Of a stretch of DNA of 64,000 nt, positions 59,360 to 64,000 are shown one piece after another. Position 1 is the first letter of the stretch. Every line of letters starts with the position of its first letter. Location of the stretch: NCBI RefSeq assembly GCF_009914755.1, contig NC_060929.1. One strand, given 5' to 3'. This stretch comes from the human T2T-CHM13v2.0 reference genome, Homo sapiens. The notes beneath the pieces were generated by a model. That model had not been told where the DNA came from. It saw only the letters and a list, made by a program, of their open reading frames with translations, and made no database searches. Made by a program: the position numbers and the translations under genes.

Positions 59360-61812
59360 GGCTAAAAGATTGGCCTCTTCCTTTAAAAAGCAAACACCCT
59401 CCTCTGGTCTAGCCACTTCTGAGGTCCCTAATGCCTTTGTGAGAATGTGTGTGCCTGGTCACTTTGGGCCCTGTAGGGAAGAAGGAGCACTGGATGCCTG
59501 GGAGGACACCATCCCATCTGCACTTCCAAACAATTGACATATGCCCCCAGGTTGGAATTCTGTCACTTCCCACCTTGTTTTGGAATTTACCTAAGCGTAC
59601 CTTAATGCCCTCAACTCCTTAAAGACAGGGTAACTGATGTCCCCCTGCTCCCTCCAGGGTTAAGCCCAGTTGAGCCTGGCATGAAGAGATGGTTAGTAAA
59701 TGTTTGTTGAATGAATGCGTGGTGAAGCAAGTGAAATCCAGTGAACATATACATAGCTATGTACATAAGCCAATAAACAGAAGAGACTGAACGAATGATT
59801 AAGTGATGGAGGAATCTGATGAAAGAAAGAAGATGTGAATGAGTGTGTGAGGGAATTCTTATAATAATGAGGAATTTAATAAAGAAATAAGTATGTAAGT
59901 GAATGACGGAGGGAGGGATCAACAGGGTGGGTGAGTGAGAAGTGAATGCAGGCCGTGGGTTCTCTGCAAGCCCACAAAGGGTATAAGGGGCAGCAATGCC
60001 AAGCTCTGCTGTGTCATCATTTTGCTTTGCTTGCTCTTGTCCTGCCAGCCCTGGGGATTTTGAGAGTAATCAATACCCTTCCCCATGGAGTGTGTGTCCA
60101 TGCTTTAGTGCTTTGATAGCTGGATTCTCTCAGCAGGACAAAATCAACTGCACCCCTAAGCTTGAGGCCAGGCAGCCACCGTCCAAGACTGTAGCCTCCC
60201 ATATATGGAAAAATACACATTTGGCTGGTGCATCCCCAGCCCCATCCCTTCCATGTGCCCCAGGTATATAAGACCCACCCCAAAGCTAAGCACCTCACAA
60301 TGATGCATGCTCCAGGGGTAAGAGACAAGCAGCATGTTGGGTTTGGATGAACTTCATAGCCAAGGTCCCCCAGCCAGGTAGGAGGGCATGGAATGGAAAA
60401 CACTTTATCCAAAGTAGGTCTCCCATCATCTATCTCTGCTTCCTTTATGGTGTATATTTTATTCGTCTGTTTTCTTGGTTTTTGTTTTGTATATGAGTAT
60501 CTTGTTTTACCTGCCATCTCCCTAGAATATAAGCTCCATAAGGACAGAATGAGGCACATGGAAAGCCTAATAAATATTTGTTGAAAATTAGTGAAACATA
60601 GTCTGGAAAGCAAGTCAAGCAAACCAACCTCTTGAACCGGCTACCAAGACATGGTACCCTCTCCCAGTGGTGGACTTAGGTCTGACTCTGTGGCCAAGCC
60701 CCATGGGTGATGACCTTCAGCATGCCACTTCCCCTCAGAGGATTAAATTGGGTGGTCTTGAAGCTCTTATGGCTTCAAGATCTTCAGCTCTTACATACTA
60801 GGATCCTAAAGCCAGGGGAAGGGGCTTCAGATTTTTCCAAGATTCATATAGGTAATATGAACCTGAGTTCCCTGACCAAAACTCTTGAAAAAAAATGTTG
60901 TCTATTACATAGGAGGCAGCAATTTCATCTGGCCAGTGACCGAGGGGTGAGGTGACACTAGGTGTGGTGACAGAGACAATCCAGATGCTATCTTGGCTCT
61001 CCTTCAGGCTTTACCAAACCTCAGCTCAGGGCCAAAGCCCAGCCTGACATCCTACTGCCTATGCCTTGGGAAAGTTAGACAAGTGTGCCCATAAATCACA
61101 TTTCTCTCTGGTAACACAGAAATGACTGGGAAATCTCTTCTCAGGCGTCTTTGCAGAGTTCCAGAAATGGGGCAAACCCTTCCTGGCTTAGCCTAGCAAA
61201 TGAGGCACAGGGAGCTAAAGAAGCCCTTCTCTGAGAATCCCAGCCCTCACCGACTCCTGCCCTCTAGAACCTTCCAGACCTTGGAGCCAGCACCACCTGA
61301 TTCTCCCTCCAAAATATACACACGGACTTGTGTGCTGTAGTTAGGGCTGAGAGGACAGGCTCTGAAGTCACAGTCACATCGTGTAGGTTCGAATCCCAGC
61401 TCAGCTTCCTTGCTGGCTCTGTGGCCTTGGGCAAGTTACTAATCATATGTTTTTGCCTTGACATTCTCAACGCCAGATGGGAAAAATGATGATAATGGTA
61501 TTTAGCCCTTTGGTTTGTTGTGAGGATTATATGAGATAATAGAGTGTTTAGGAATGTGTGGCCTCTGACAAGTATTCTGTAAACATTAGCTCTTGATTTT
61601 GGAACTCTGTTTTCATTTTTCCCATCTTATCTCAGTGAGATTACACACTCCTTAAGGGCAAGGACTATGCTTTCTTTTCAACCTTTTTTGTCTTTCACAT
61701 TGTCTTACCTAGGAGCATTTGTCAATTGGAGGAGACCAGATATTCCCAAATCATGTCTCTCCAGAAGTTACAGGAATTTCCTTAGTGAAAATCTATGAGC
61801 ACTAGCCCTTAG

Positions 61813-62112
<300 letters not shown>

Positions 62113-63167
62113 ATGCCCTAAGCCTTTTTGTGGGAAAAATGACACCCACGTTTTGTGGAAAAAGACGCTGAGTTAGGGAATATCAAGAAAAAGTAAAGAA
62201 CAAAAGTAACACTCCTCCCCCACAAATATATCCCCATTGTTTGTTGTTACGAAAGTCTTATTACCAACAGAAGAGACAATTGGAAGGATGGTTTTCTCAC
62301 ATCCATCCCAGATGGTGTAGACACTGATCTTCCTAAAAGCAGACTCAACAAACATTTACTGACTGCTTAGGTATTGTTCTAAAAGGTGGGGATACAAATA
62401 AAAATTATGTTTGTTGTAAGGATGGGCCAAAATTAGGGATTCTCCCCTTCTTAATGCAAATGCATATTTTCTTTCCTTTTTAGCACAATGAGATAAAAAT
62501 ATCAGGACATCTGGAAACAAAGATTATCTGAAGGGTTTTATTCTCCCTTTATTTCCCATCAAATGCAGTGCTCTGAAGAGTGAGCTGCATTAATTGCCCA
62601 AACAGCCTGGGTCCTGAGCTTGTGTGGCTCACGCAGTGATGGGAGAGGACAGCAGAGGGCTTGCTTGCAGGGTAGCCGAACCTCTCCAGGCACCACAGGC
62701 TGGGACCTCGGGGCAGGGATGGTGAGTCTCTGGGGACAGCCAATTAAAACTGTTTAAATCTCATTTGAGACCATGAAGGACAACTTCTGATTTCCGCAGA
62801 ACCACACAGAGCCAGCAAGCATGCCATCCAGAAGGAGCTTTAAGTGATGGCTTTGGAAACACATGCCCTTTTCACTTGCTGAGATCACTGAGCCTGTCTC
62901 ACTGGGACCCTCGTGGACTTTGTGGCCACATTCTAATAATCCTATGAGAAGGAAAAATTGTCCTATGACCAACCAAGGTCTCAGCCTCAGTATGAGGTGT
63001 CTTCCCAAGGAAATCCAGTGATAATAATTCAGAAGATGAAGTCAGACACGCCAACAAGAAGGTATCAGGGAGTGTTTCAAGGAACCATGAGAGCATTGGA
63101 GCCTAGGTTTCCAAGAATGTAAATCCTTCATTTATCGAGGGCACTCAGTTACTCAAAAAAGAACAGA

Positions 63168-63460
<293 letters not shown>

Positions 63461-64000
63461 GAACAGAGACAACTGCTTTGATAATGGGTGGTGGTGGTAG
63501 GCGATTTTTTTTTCTCTTTTTTAAAATAAAAATGTTCGTTGTTGTCGCTGTAATATCATTTGAGAAAATTTTAAAATAAGAGACAACAAACACATGGCAG
63601 AAAGTAAATTTTCTGAAGATGCTGAGATGAACTTGACATTGCTAAATTATTTCTGGGCTCACTAAATTCCTTAGAAGGGATTTTTTTTAATTAACTTTTT
63701 TTTTTAACTTTTTTTCATTCTGACTTCAGTTTGCTTCACCAGCCATCTCCCCTGAAGTGACACCTTAGATTTTAAAAAATTGACAAGTCCTTAGGAAAAA
63801 AGCTATTAAAGCGTCCCTAAACCAGATGAAGGAATTTAGGGCCAGGCAGGTTAAATAACTTGCCCAGGGTTACACGGTCGGTGAAAGCATAGCAAAGTGG
63901 GGACCCGTACCCAGGGACATCTGAATTCAGAACCCAAGTTCCTAACAGTTATGCTCCCATGTCTCCTGTTTTGGTCTGCTGCTTTCCCTCATCCACCTCT

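Noticed and set aside
60017-60622. 201-aa minus-strand ORF
   Set aside because: No recognisable domain, overlaps L2-like sequence, and has no splice or codon support.

Overview
Primate (almost certainly human or great-ape) genomic DNA, mostly intronic, inside SH3RF2 (SH3 domain containing ring finger 2) on the + strand. Three internal coding exons are visible (28455-28724, 32463-32558, 42152-42466). All have phase-0 AG/GT boundaries, and together they encode the first two SH3 domains and the following Ser-rich linker. The rest is dense with Alu, L1, L2, MIR, MaLR LTR (including a complete THE1) and DNA-transposon fossils, plus microsatellites. The most notable item is a sense-oriented processed pseudogene of APOOL/MIC27 (about 25401-26904). 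It carries two 82-nt antisense L1-like segments exactly between the MAVIR and MGKLTT parts of the reading frame, which looks like a retrocopied fossil of an alternatively spliced APOOL mRNA with two cryptic L1-derived exons. Gene and repeat family names come from recognition of remembered protein and consensus sequences, not from database searches. Many old MIR, L2 and L1M fragments are only partly listed.
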